From positions 2,144,001-2,208,000 of the forward strand of contig OZ219926.1 in the NCBI GenBank assembly GCA_964291405.2: DNA of 64,000 nt, written 5' to 3'. Under the pieces are notes generated by a model. It saw only the letters and a program-made list of their open reading frames with translations, did not search any database and was not told where the DNA came from. This DNA is from Thermodesulfobacteriota bacterium (GTDB lineage: Bacteria > Desulfobacterota > Binatia > Bin18). Position numbers and translations under genes: made by a program. This document shows positions 28,078-37,289 of the stretch, in pieces. How positions within the stretch are numbered: position 1 is the first letter of the stretch; each line of letters opens with the position of its first letter.

Positions 28078-28641
28078 CTAACTGGTTTCGTCCGGCCCAA
28101 CCTGGGCTAGGGCGCGCTGTTCCTCTTGCTGCATGTCGGCGAAAACGGCCGCCTCGATCTCCCGATAGTGCCGGAGGGCGGCATCCACTTTTTCCTTGCC
28201 CTCTTTGGCTTCGAGTTCAGCGATCTTTTCCGTGATCCAGGTCAGGTGTGCCTTCTCGTCTGCCTGCATCTCGTGCAGAATCTTGAGCGTCTCCGGGGCG
28301 ACATCGGGCCGAGCAGCGTGTTCCGTGTACCGTTTATGCGCTCGTTCGGCCACCACGCAGGTGAGCGCCAGCAGATCAAGGAAATTCGCCGGCAGGCCAG
28401 CCTTACGCCGGAGTTGACGGTGGTAGCCATTATCAATCCGCATGGGTTCGCCGCCGAGCGCCAGAATACGCTCGGTCCAGAGCCAGGCATGATTGGTCGC
28501 ATCCGCTAAATGGCGGGCCAGCTTCTCTTGAATGTTCTGGTTCTCCGCAAGGTTGATCAGCCGCAGAATCAAGTCGGCCCCGCGCAATTCGGCATCCCGA
28601 TAATAATTGAACAACAGGATTTTATAGGCGTTTTTTTCCAT
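28078..28641 (-). CDS. Ferritin-like four-helix-bundle protein
   Basis: YYRDAELRGA, HLADATNHAWLWTERILALGG and ADEKAHLTW motifs. Confidence 0.75.
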   Translation of the reverse strand: MEKNAYKILLFNYYRDAELRGADLILRLINLAENQNIQEKLARHLADATNHAWLWTERILALGGEPMRIDNGYHRQLRRKAGLPANFLDLLALTCVVAERAHKRYTEHAARPDVAPETLKILHEMQADEKAHLTWITEKIAELEAKEGKEKVDAALRHYREIEAAVFADMQQEEQRALAQVGPDETS

Positions 28642-28735
28642 GCCGGTCTCTTCTGGCTCGCAGTGCCTCAGCTATCAGTGGGAGGCTGTTCGAGCAAGGG
28701 TATAAAGAAGCGGAAGAGAACAGTCCGGACAGGCC

Positions 28736-29482
28736 CTAGAGTTGGTCGAGACAGGCTGGCAACGCCGAGAGATGGGTAATTTCAAAATCGGGCTGGGCCA
28801 ACTGATCGAGAGTGTCAGCCTGATAGGCTCGCAGGACCTCGTGTTTGAGTTGCCTCTTCCGATTGAGCCAGATACTATGCAGACCACTTTTTCGGGCGCC
28901 CACGACATCGTGCAGCAGAGAGTCACCGATATACACAGCTTCTTCGGGACGGCAATTGGCAGCCCTGAGGGCGGCGGAGAAGATAAAAGGAGCGGGTTTG
29001 CCCTGGTCAAATTCGCCGCCGACAAATATATCGCGGAAATACGCCTGGAGACCGGCCGCTTTTACTTTGGCCCGCTGCATGCTGGGCGCGCCGTTGGTGA
29101 GCAGACTTACATGAAAGCGCTGGGTCAGGTCTGCGAGAAAGGGCAGCACGTCGGGATACGGTTGACAGTTGCGTAACCGATTCTGCCAATAGGTCGTGGC
29201 CGCGGCGTGTGTGACTTCTGCGTCATCATGGCCAAATCTTTCAAGGGTTTGTTGCCACAGGGAGGCGAGCATGGCCTCCGCTGACTCCAGGGGACGCAGG
29301 TAGCGATCATAATCTCCCCAGGCGCGGTCGGAGATCTCACGATAGGCTGATTCAAGCACCGCCGCACTGAGGTCCGGCCAGCGCTCGCATATCACCGCAA
29401 ACGCAGTCTTGAGGGCCTGATCAATCGTTGCCCCATCGTCAGCCAGGGTTCCATCAAAATCAAAAAAGACAGCTTTCAGCAT
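28736..29482 (-). CDS. HAD-superfamily hydrolase
   Basis: FFDFDGTL, LLTNG, GKPAP and YIGDSLLHDVVGA motifs. Confidence 0.92.
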   Translation of the reverse strand: MLKAVFFDFDGTLADDGATIDQALKTAFAVICERWPDLSAAVLESAYREISDRAWGDYDRYLRPLESAEAMLASLWQQTLERFGHDDAEVTHAAATTYWQNRLRNCQPYPDVLPFLADLTQRFHVSLLTNGAPSMQRAKVKAAGLQAYFRDIFVGGEFDQGKPAPFIFSAALRAANCRPEEAVYIGDSLLHDVVGARKSGLHSIWLNRKRQLKHEVLRAYQADTLDQLAQPDFEITHLSALPACLDQL

Positions 29483-29629
29483 AACAACCGCAGCCCCACA
29501 TGGTCACTCCTGCATGACAGCAGGAACGCTTTCTTGCGCCGGTACACGTTCGGACACATCTTGCGCTTCCTCGGCCAGGCGCGCAACGCCACCGCGCTGC
29601 GGACACCGGACTGATTTTCATTTTTCCTC

Positions 29630-29657
29630 TTGACAGGCTCCGGAATGCCAGGACAAT
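29630..29657 (+). promoter_or_regulatory. Putative sigma70 promoter upstream of SDR pseudogene/typA
   Basis: TTGACA-N16-GACAAT. Confidence 0.4.
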
Positions 29658-29710
29658 GGGCGCGCAATCAATTTGGGCAGTCTCGCCTTCGGCGCCGTGA
29701 GAAGGGACCT

Positions 29711-29918
29711 ATGAACTTTGGTTTACAGGACCGTGTGGCAATCATCACCGACGACGAGTTATGGCATTGGCCGCGCTATTGCGGAGAGTTTTATCCAAGA
29801 AGGAATGAAAGTTGCGCGCTGTGCCTACAACCGGGAGTAGCTCGACCAGGCCGCACGCGAGCTGGGCTCTGAGGTACTAGCGATACAGGCCGATATGACC
29901 CAGGACGACAGGCTATGA
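29711..29918 (+). pseudogene. Short-chain dehydrogenase/reductase remnant
   Basis: MNFGLQDRVAIIT [frameshift] TSYGIGRAIAESFIQEGMKVARCAYNRE* LDQAARELGSEVLAIQADMT; frameshift, internal TAG and truncation. Confidence 0.85.
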
Positions 29919-30047
29919 TCCTACTTGGCGCCCCCGTTCTGGTTTGGCCGTGCCGGCTGAACACAACGAAGTGAGTAATCTGGACCTGCTACGGCTTCTC
30001 AGGAGTATGCCTTGAAGTCCCGACTCATAGGGGAAAAGTAAACGTGT

Positions 30048-31925
30048 ATGGAGGATAGGATTTTGCACAACGGCACGCCCCGGCGTGAGGATATTCGAAA
30101 TGTCGCCATTATCGCCCATGTCGATCATGGCAAAACCACCCTTATTGACGCCCTGCTCAAACAGAGCGGCACCTTTCGGGACAATGAACAGGTGGCCGAG
30201 CGGGTGATGGACTCGTTTGCACTGGAACGGGAACGCGGCATCACCATTCTGGCCAAGAACGCGGCACTCTCGTATCGCGGCGTAAAAATCAATTTTGTCG
30301 ATACGCCGGGCCATGCGGATTTTGGTGGCGAGGTTGAACGCTCGCTAGCCATGGTTGACGGAGTCATGCTCTTGGTGGACGCCTCGGAAGGTCCGCTGCC
30401 CCAGACGCGCTTTGTCCTGAAGAAAGCCCTGGAGGCCGGGCTGCCCTCGATTGTCTGCATTAATAAAATTGACCGGCGGGACGCGCAGATCTCTACCGTG
30501 CTGGATGCCATCTATGACCTCTTCATCGATCTCGATGCCTCAGACGAGCAACTCGCCTTTCCCGTGGTGTACACCAACGCCCGGACCGGGATTGCCAAAC
30601 GCGATCTGGACGAAGAGGGGCATAATCTTCAGCCGCTCTTTGACCTAATTGTCTCGGCCCTGCCCGGCCCGTCCTACGCGCTGGCCGGTCCCGTGCAGTT
30701 CCACGTGAACAATCTGGACTATAACGAGTATGTTGGTCGGATCGCTATCGGGCGCATTATCCAAGGAGAGCTTCAGAGCACGGCAGCCTATACGCTGTGT
30801 CGCGACGATGGCTCCCGCGTGCCATGTAAAGTTGCCCAACTGTATAGCTGGCAGGGGCTCAAACGGCACGAGATCGCGTCGGCGCAGGCCGGCGATATTG
30901 TGGCAGTGGCCGGGATTGAAGAGATTCAGATCGGAGAGACGATCTCCGATAGTGATAATCCGGTGGCCCTGCCCACGATTCAGATTGATGACCCAACGCT
31001 GGCCATGATCTTTGGGGTGAACACCGGTCCCTGGGCGGGTCGGGAAGGGCAATATGTGACGTCGCGCCGTCTCCGCGAACGGCTCTTTGCCGAGATGCAT
31101 AAAAACGTGAGTCTACGCGTGGAGGGAACCGACTCCCCCGACGCCTTTCGGGTGATGGGGCGGGGCGAGCTCCAGCTCTCGGTGGTAATTGAGACTATGC
31201 GTCGCGAAGGCTACGAACTCCAGGTTTCCAAGCCCACGGTCATTGTGAAAGAAAGTGAGGGTCAACTCCAGGAACCGATGGAGTTGGTCTTCATCGATGT
31301 CCAGGAGGACTATGTTGGTCAGGTCTCTCAGCTCATGGCTCAGCGCAAAGGATTCCTGACAAACATGGCTCCCCCGGAATCGGGCCGGGTCTGTCTGGAG
31401 TTCTCCGTTCCCTCGCGTGGTCTAATCGGCTTTCGGTCGCGCTTTCTGACGGAGACGCGCGGGACGGGCGTTATGCATACGCTCTTCAACGGCTATGCCC
31501 CCTGGCAGGGGCCAATCCAGAACCGGAGTAACGGCGCCCTGGTTGCCGACCGTGAGGGACAGGCTACTCCCTATTCGCTCTTTCATTTGCAGGAGCGGGG
31601 GGTCTTCTTTATCCCGGCCGGCACCCGCGTGTATGAGGGCATGGTGGTTGGAGAGAATGCCCGCGACAAGGACCTTGATGTGAACGTGTGTCGGGAGAAG
31701 AAGTTGACCAATGTCCGCGCTGCGGGACGAGATGAAGCGGTTCGCCTCGTTCCGTATAAAGACATGGATTTGGAAGACGCCCTGGAATGGATTGCCGCGG
31801 ATGAATTGGTCGAAGTCACGCCGCTGTCCATCCGCTTGCGCAAGCAGGTTCTGGCCCAGAACATGCGACCCAAACGTCGCGATGACGGACTGCTCTCTGC
31901 TACCATTGACCAACCGTTCGGGTAA
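30048..31925 (+). CDS. typA: Translational GTPase TypA/BipA (true start may be TTG 30063)
   Basis: [47 protein letters not shown] and [11 protein letters not shown] motifs. Confidence 0.97.
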   Translation: MEDRILHNGTPRREDIRNVAIIAHVDHGKTTLIDALLKQSGTFRDNEQVAERVMDSFALERERGITILAKNAALSYRGVKINFVDTPGHADFGGEVERSLAMVDGVMLLVDASEGPLPQTRFVLKKALEAGLPSIVCINKIDRRDAQISTVLDAIYDLFIDLDASDEQLAFPVVYTNARTGIAKRDLDEEGHNLQPLFDLIVSALPGPSYALAGPVQFHVNNLDYNEYVGRIAIGRIIQGELQSTAAYTLCRDDGSRVPCKVAQLYSWQGLKRHEIASAQAGDIVAVAGIEEIQIGETISDSDNPVALPTIQIDDPTLAMIFGVNTGPWAGREGQYVTSRRLRERLFAEMHKNVSLRVEGTDSPDAFRVMGRGELQLSVVIETMRREGYELQVSKPTVIVKESEGQLQEPMELVFIDVQEDYVGQVSQLMAQRKGFLTNMAPPESGRVCLEFSVPSRGLIGFRSRFLTETRGTGVMHTLFNGYAPWQGPIQNRSNGALVADREGQATPYSLFHLQERGVFFIPAGTRVYEGMVVGENARDKDLDVNVCREKKLTNVRAAGRDEAVRLVPYKDMDLEDALEWIAADELVEVTPLSIRLRKQVLAQNMRPKRRDDGLLSATIDQPFG

Positions 31926-31929
31926 GCCG

Positions 31930-33288
31930 ATGTCTCTCACAGATGATCTGATAGCGCTGCTTTCCTCGGAGCAGGTTTCCACCCGGCCCGCCGACCTGGA
32001 GCTGGCCTCACACGACGAGTCTGCCTGTCCACCGACATTGCCAGAGGTGGTTGTCTGGCCACAGACGACCGAGGACGTTCGCCGGGTCGTACGCTATGCC
32101 TATGAGCAGGCGCTGGCGCTGACGGCACGGGGAGCGGGGTCGAGCTTGGAAGGTAACCCGATTCCGATCCGGGGCGGGGTCGTTGCGGACCTCTCGCGGA
32201 TGGACCGCGTTGTGAATGTGCACGCAGAGGACCTTCAGGTCACGGTTCAGCCCGGCGTTGTCTACAACGATCTGAATGACCAGCTCAAAGCCTCTGGTTT
32301 ATTTTTCCCGCCGTCGCCCGGCGGCAGTTCCGATGTGGCAACGATTGGCGGGATGGTGGCGAATAACGCCAGCGGTATCTATTCGGTCAAATACGGTGGG
32401 ACGCGCGATCATGTCAAAGCCGCCACCGTGGTGACCGGTACGGGCGAGGTCCTTGAACTGGGAACGCGCAGCCGTAAAACGTCGTCGGGCTATCATCTGC
32501 TGGGCCTGCTCGTCGGTTCTGAGGGAACGTTGGGCATTGCGACCGAACTGACCCTCTCCTTGGTCGGTCTACCGCAGGGGCGGAAACAAGGTGCGTTTAC
32601 CTTTCCGTCCGAAAAAGCAGCGGTCACGGCTATCGCGGCAATGATGCGCTACGGAGTCGATCTGGCTGCGGTCGAGTTTCTTGACCAACGTTCCATCACC
32701 GCCCTCAACCGCTTTCAGGATTTTGGGCTCACCGAGCGGCCCTCGTTGTTTCTTGAGGTCCACGGTTCCGAGAGTGCGGTCGAAGAAGTGTTCGAGACAG
32801 CCCAGAGTTTGTGTAAAGAGCAGCAGGGCGAGCGGATTGTCCTGCCCGGCGGACGTAATCCGTGGGAGATTCGCCACTTCACGACCCGCGCGATTCAGGC
32901 TCTCAACCCGCACGCCAAAACGATTCGCACGGATATGGGTTTTCCCGTCTCGCGTCTCCCTGAGGTCGTTGACCATAGCTATGCCATTGCCGAGCGGCAC
33001 GACACCGTCTTGCACACCTTTGGTCACGCCGGACTCGGCATTCTGCACGCTCTCTTGCGTGAAGACCCAGAAGACGAACAGCGCTGGGCCATTGCCAACC
33101 GGGCCAAAGATGAGATTGTTGCCTTTGTCCTGTCTATTGGAGGAACCGCTTCAGGCGAGCACGGTATTGGGCTCGGCAGCCAGAAATATGTTGCCCAAGA
33201 ACACGGTGCCGCGCTTGAGCTGATGAAGGGCATCAAGCACGTCTTTGATCCAAAGGGTATTCTGAATCCGGGGAAAATCTGGCTCTGA
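31930..33288 (+). CDS. FAD-linked oxidase, GlcD/D-lactate dehydrogenase family
   Basis: RGAGSSLEG, ATIGGMVANNASG, GSEGTLG, GEHGIG and FDPKGILNPGK motifs; start ATG 31930. Confidence 0.9.
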   Translation: MSLTDDLIALLSSEQVSTRPADLELASHDESACPPTLPEVVVWPQTTEDVRRVVRYAYEQALALTARGAGSSLEGNPIPIRGGVVADLSRMDRVVNVHAEDLQVTVQPGVVYNDLNDQLKASGLFFPPSPGGSSDVATIGGMVANNASGIYSVKYGGTRDHVKAATVVTGTGEVLELGTRSRKTSSGYHLLGLLVGSEGTLGIATELTLSLVGLPQGRKQGAFTFPSEKAAVTAIAAMMRYGVDLAAVEFLDQRSITALNRFQDFGLTERPSLFLEVHGSESAVEEVFETAQSLCKEQQGERIVLPGGRNPWEIRHFTTRAIQALNPHAKTIRTDMGFPVSRLPEVVDHSYAIAERHDTVLHTFGHAGLGILHALLREDPEDEQRWAIANRAKDEIVAFVLSIGGTASGEHGIGLGSQKYVAQEHGAALELMKGIKHVFDPKGILNPGKIWL

Positions 33289-33330
33289 CGGGACACCATG
33301 CCGCCGCCAGCCGAGGGGAGAATTGGTATC

Positions 33331-34356
33331 CTAGCCCGCGTCCTCCCTCTGCTGCGCCAGCCGATCACCAGCCTGTCGAATATCGGCAAAACTCACCCCG
33401 GCAATGGGCAGGGCGATTAACCCCTGGCCAATCAAGGTCAGAAACTGAACGGCGTTGAGGACTAAGCCGTAGGCCAGGCCGTCAGCGTCGCTCACCCCAT
33501 AGATGCCAAGGGCGAGCTGACACGCATACTGATACGGTCCGATCATGCCCGGCAGGTTCGGCAGCGCCGTGCCAAAGCTAATAAAAATGAAAATGACCAG
33601 GGCCGCACTAAAAGGAGCGGACAGATCAAAGGCACGGATCATGATATAGCTCGACACAATAGGCAGAAACCAGACGGTCAAAGAGACCACAAAGACGGCC
33701 AGGAGCAGGCCGGGATTGGGCAGAATCCGCATCCCGTCGGTGATAGCGGCCAGAATGCTTTTGACCCGGTCGCCAAAGCGTGCCGGGAGCAGGCGGAGTA
33801 CCCAGCGATCAACAAACGCCTCGCCCTTCCACCAAAACAGCAGGACTACGGACACGAAGACACCGGCAATCACGGCTGGCACCAAAGCGCCGCGACGGAC
33901 CCACACAGGCAGGCTTTCAATAAGCAGCAAGCCAGCCAGCAGATAGAAGACGATACAAATCGAGTCCATCATCTTCTCGACCACCAGATTGCCAATCACG
34001 TTTGAGATGGATACCTGAGAGCGGCGGGATAAGAGCCAGGGGCGGACGACCTCGCCCAGGCGCACCGGGAGCAGGTTGATGGCCATATAGGCGACCGAGG
34101 TCACAACCCACAGCCGGCCGACCGGCACATGTTCGAGGGGACGGAGTTCCAGTTGCCAGCGCCAGGCGCGCAGCACCATGATGAGCAGGCTGACGACAAC
34201 GGCAAGGCACAGCCAGCCAACCTGCACCCGACCGAGCGCGACTCCTAATTCAGCGAGTTGAACATTGCGAAACGCCAGATACAGAAAACCCCCACTCACC
34301 ATCAGGCTGAGGGCGAGATTCAGTAAACGACGACGAGAGGAAAAGTGTTCTGCCAT
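33331..34356 (-). CDS. Lysylphosphatidylglycerol synthase TM-domain (UPF0104) membrane protein
   Basis: RAWRWQL, NLLPVRLGEVVR, VVEKMMD and LPNLPGMIGPY motifs. Confidence 0.88.
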   Translation of the reverse strand: MAEHFSSRRRLLNLALSLMVSGGFLYLAFRNVQLAELGVALGRVQVGWLCLAVVVSLLIMVLRAWRWQLELRPLEHVPVGRLWVVTSVAYMAINLLPVRLGEVVRPWLLSRRSQVSISNVIGNLVVEKMMDSICIVFYLLAGLLLIESLPVWVRRGALVPAVIAGVFVSVVLLFWWKGEAFVDRWVLRLLPARFGDRVKSILAAITDGMRILPNPGLLLAVFVVSLTVWFLPIVSSYIMIRAFDLSAPFSAALVIFIFISFGTALPNLPGMIGPYQYACQLALGIYGVSDADGLAYGLVLNAVQFLTLIGQGLIALPIAGVSFADIRQAGDRLAQQREDAG

Positions 34357-34521
34357 GTCAGCTCCTGCGCTCGGGTTAGCATAGCACGCGGTGTCCTGCT
34401 GGTCAGGAGCGCAGGCCGTCGTTTGTGATAGTCGAATGCCCGAGTTTTGTATGAGATCATCTCTTCAGTTCCTGCGTTTGCCTCAAGGCGAGGCCATGCT
34501 GTGAGGAAAGGGAACCGTACG

Positions 34522-34574
34522 AAAAAGAGTAAACGTACCCTTCCATCAGACAAAAAAGCTGGGTACGTTCACTC
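34522..34574. repeat. Intergenic palindrome, copy 2 of AAAAGAGTAAACGT family
   Basis: GAGTAAACGTACCC (34527-34540) ... GGGTACGTTCACTC (34561-34574), 13/14 complementary; shares AAAAAGAGTAAACGT with 16929-16943. Confidence 0.8.
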
Positions 34575-34577
34575 CTT

Positions 34578-36251
34578 ATGAGCCGAGACCAAAACCTTGC
34601 CGTTGCCCAGTCCGTCCGCTTGAAGCCGATTGAAGAAATCGCCGCGCAGCTATCGTTACCGTCAGAATACCTTGAGCCCTACGGCCGCGTGAAGGCGAAA
34701 ATCGCGCTTGAAGCGCTCTCTGGCGCATCCGCTGAGACCCAGGGCAAGCTGATTCTTGTTTCGGCCATTAACCCAACCCCTGCGGGTGAGGGCAAGACCA
34801 CCACGACGATCGGCCTAGGCCAAGCCCTGACCAGTCTGGGGAAAAAGTCAACCGTGGCGGTGCGCGAACCCTCAATGGGGCCGGTCTTTGGGGTGAAAGG
34901 CGGAGGCTGTGGAGGGGGTCACTCTCAAGTCCTGCCCATGGAGGATATCAACCTGCACTTTACCGGCGATATTCACGCCGTCAGCTCCGCGCACAATCTG
35001 CTGTCGGCTATGATGGACGCCGCCATGTTTCACCGAACGGTGGATTTGGATGTCCGTCAGATTCGCTGGCGGCGCGTCATGGACATGAATGACCGCGCGT
35101 TGCGTCAAATCGTGATGGGTCTTGGCGGGCGTCTCATGGGCGTCCCGCGTGAAGAGGGTTTTGATATCACCGCGGCATCGGAAGTCATGGCTATTCTGGC
35201 TCTGACGAATGGACCTGCGGACCTCATTCAGCGTCTGTCACGTATTGTGCTGGGCTATTCATCCCAGGGGGAAGCGGTCACCGCGGACCAAATTCACGCG
35301 TCGGAGGCGATGGCCATTATTCTGAAAGACGCTCTCAAGCCTAACCTGGTTCAGACCGTGGAAGGCGTACCGGCCTTCATCCACGCTGGGCCGTTCGGCA
35401 ATATCGCCCACGGATGTAACAGTATTCTCGCCACGCGACTGGCCCTGGGCTACGCCGATTATGTCGTGACTGAGGCCGGCTTCGGGTTTGATCTGGGTGG
35501 AGAGAAATTCCTCAATATCAAATGCCGCGAGGCCGATCTGTGGCCCGACGCGGTGGTCCTGGTCGCAACGGTCAAGGCGCTCAAAATGCACGGCGGTACG
35601 CCGGTGGCAGATGTGAACACACCCGATCTGTCAACCCTGAAGCAGGGCATGGAAAACCTGGCCAAACACGTCGAGAGTCTGAGCGCGTTTGGCCTCCGGC
35701 CGATTGTGGCGGTGAATCGGTTTGCCACCGATACCGAGGAGGAATTGCAACTGGTTGTAGAGGAAAGCAAAGCCCTGGGCGTAGAGGCAACAGTCATTGA
35801 CGTGTTTGGCCAAGGAGGAGAAGGCGGGCTGGAGCTGGCCGAGGCGGTAGTGAAAGCCTGCGACGGACCGGCTCCGGTACAGCGTTTTCTATATCCGACA
35901 GAAATGCCGATTGAGGACAAGATTCGGACCATTGCCCAAAAAGTCTACGGCGCGACGGATATCACCCTGCTGCCACGCGCGCGCACCGACCTCAAACGGA
36001 TCAACGACCTGGGATATGACCATGTGCCCATTTGCATGGCCAAGACCCAGATGTCCCTGTCCGACGACCCAAAACGCTACGGCCGGCCGCGTGACTTCGT
36101 GCTGAGCGTGCGCGAAATCCGCCTCTCGGCCGGGGCCGGCTTCTGTGTCCCACTCACCGGGGACATGCTAACCATGCCCGGCCTGGGCGCAAAACCTGCC
36201 GCAGCCGGGATGCGGATGGATGAGAGCGGCAAAATTTCGGGTATGTTCTGA
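34578..36251 (+). CDS. fhs: Formate--tetrahydrofolate ligase
   Basis: NPTPAGEGKTTT, REPSMGPVFGVKGG, INLHFTGDIHA, GPFGNIAHG and CMAKTQ motifs. Confidence 0.97.
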   Translation: MSRDQNLAVAQSVRLKPIEEIAAQLSLPSEYLEPYGRVKAKIALEALSGASAETQGKLILVSAINPTPAGEGKTTTTIGLGQALTSLGKKSTVAVREPSMGPVFGVKGGGCGGGHSQVLPMEDINLHFTGDIHAVSSAHNLLSAMMDAAMFHRTVDLDVRQIRWRRVMDMNDRALRQIVMGLGGRLMGVPREEGFDITAASEVMAILALTNGPADLIQRLSRIVLGYSSQGEAVTADQIHASEAMAIILKDALKPNLVQTVEGVPAFIHAGPFGNIAHGCNSILATRLALGYADYVVTEAGFGFDLGGEKFLNIKCREADLWPDAVVLVATVKALKMHGGTPVADVNTPDLSTLKQGMENLAKHVESLSAFGLRPIVAVNRFATDTEEELQLVVEESKALGVEATVIDVFGQGGEGGLELAEAVVKACDGPAPVQRFLYPTEMPIEDKIRTIAQKVYGATDITLLPRARTDLKRINDLGYDHVPICMAKTQMSLSDDPKRYGRPRDFVLSVREIRLSAGAGFCVPLTGDMLTMPGLGAKPAAAGMRMDESGKISGMF

Positions 36252-36272
36252 GCCTGACAATACCGCCGATGG

Positions 36273-37190
36273 TCACGCGGCCCGACGCCGGGTGAGCTCC
36301 GCATAGCAATAGACAAGGGCCAGCCCACGATAGGGACGCCAACGCTCGGCAAAGGCACGCATTTCGGCTTCGGTTGCCTTTTCCTTTTTGCCCAACATGC
36401 CCTGGGCAAGATATTTGACCACTCCCAGGTCGCCGCCCGGAAACGCGTCGGACCTGGCCAGGCCACGCATCAGTGCAGTCTCCGCCGACCAGCGACCAAT
36501 CCCTTTGAGTTGGATCAGGGCTTCAATCGCTGCTTCGTCTGAAAGCTGAGCGATTTCGCTCTGCTGAAAAGCCCGAGAGGCAAACGCTTCGCCCAGGCGG
36601 ATCAGCGTACTGGCCTTGGCATGGCTCAGCCGGAAGCCGCGTAGGGTCTCTAGGCTCAGGCTCGCAAACCGCACCGGCTCGGGAAACGCGCAATACGTAT
36701 ACCCCTTGTAACGCCATTTACGACCAAATGCCTCAACCAGTTCTTTTTTAATGGAGTAGGCAAAGGTGAGGTTGATCTGCTGTGAGAGGACCGCCATGAC
36801 CAGGGCCTCGAACAGCGTTGGGCTGGAGGTGATACGCAGCCCACGAAAGCGCTTTACCAGCGGCGCCAGCATCTCGTCCTGACGTGCTAAGCGATAAAAC
36901 GGTCTGATATCAAAGTCGGTACACAGAATATGACGGAGCTGGGCATGAAATGCCGCCTGCTTGAGGGTGGCCCTGGATGGACTGCGCAACTCCACCGTCA
37001 GCCTCGGCTTGGCCAGCGTGCCAACATCCGTCACCGTAGCCAGCGCCAGTTGGCGACCGGCCGCGAGCAGGCGTTGGTATTGCTTGCCTACGACCAAGTC
37101 GACGTTCTCGCTCGCAAAACGCCGGAAGCGGGCTACGGTCAGGTCGAAGGAATACGGTGCTCGCGGGAGGAGTTGAAAGGTAAGGATCAT
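36273..37190 (-). CDS. alkA: DNA-3-methyladenine glycosylase II (AlkA, HhH-GPD family)
   Basis: FEALVMAVLSQQI, LKGIGRWSAE, FPGGDLG and WRPYRG motifs. Confidence 0.85.
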   Translation of the reverse strand: MILTFQLLPRAPYSFDLTVARFRRFASENVDLVVGKQYQRLLAAGRQLALATVTDVGTLAKPRLTVELRSPSRATLKQAAFHAQLRHILCTDFDIRPFYRLARQDEMLAPLVKRFRGLRITSSPTLFEALVMAVLSQQINLTFAYSIKKELVEAFGRKWRYKGYTYCAFPEPVRFASLSLETLRGFRLSHAKASTLIRLGEAFASRAFQQSEIAQLSDEAAIEALIQLKGIGRWSAETALMRGLARSDAFPGGDLGVVKYLAQGMLGKKEKATEAEMRAFAERWRPYRGLALVYCYAELTRRRAA

Positions 37191-37253
37191 CGCTCCAGGT
37201 CTTTGAGAGCCAGGCGTAGTTTCAGTCGGGTGTTGCTGTCCTCAGTTGCGCGG

Positions 37254-37286
37254 GCCCCAACCCCAAATCCCCAGACCCTAATCCCT
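37254..37286. repeat. Imperfect ~7-bp tandem repeat, G-rich on minus strand
   Basis: GCCCCAA CCCCAAA TCCCCAG ACCCTAA TCCCT immediately after the CoA-transferase stop. Confidence 0.65.
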
Positions 37287-37289
37287 TTC

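Noticed and set aside
34380-34577. THF or ZTP riboswitch upstream of fhs
   Set aside because: Consensus elements not recognisable; the main hairpin is explained by the dispersed repeat family
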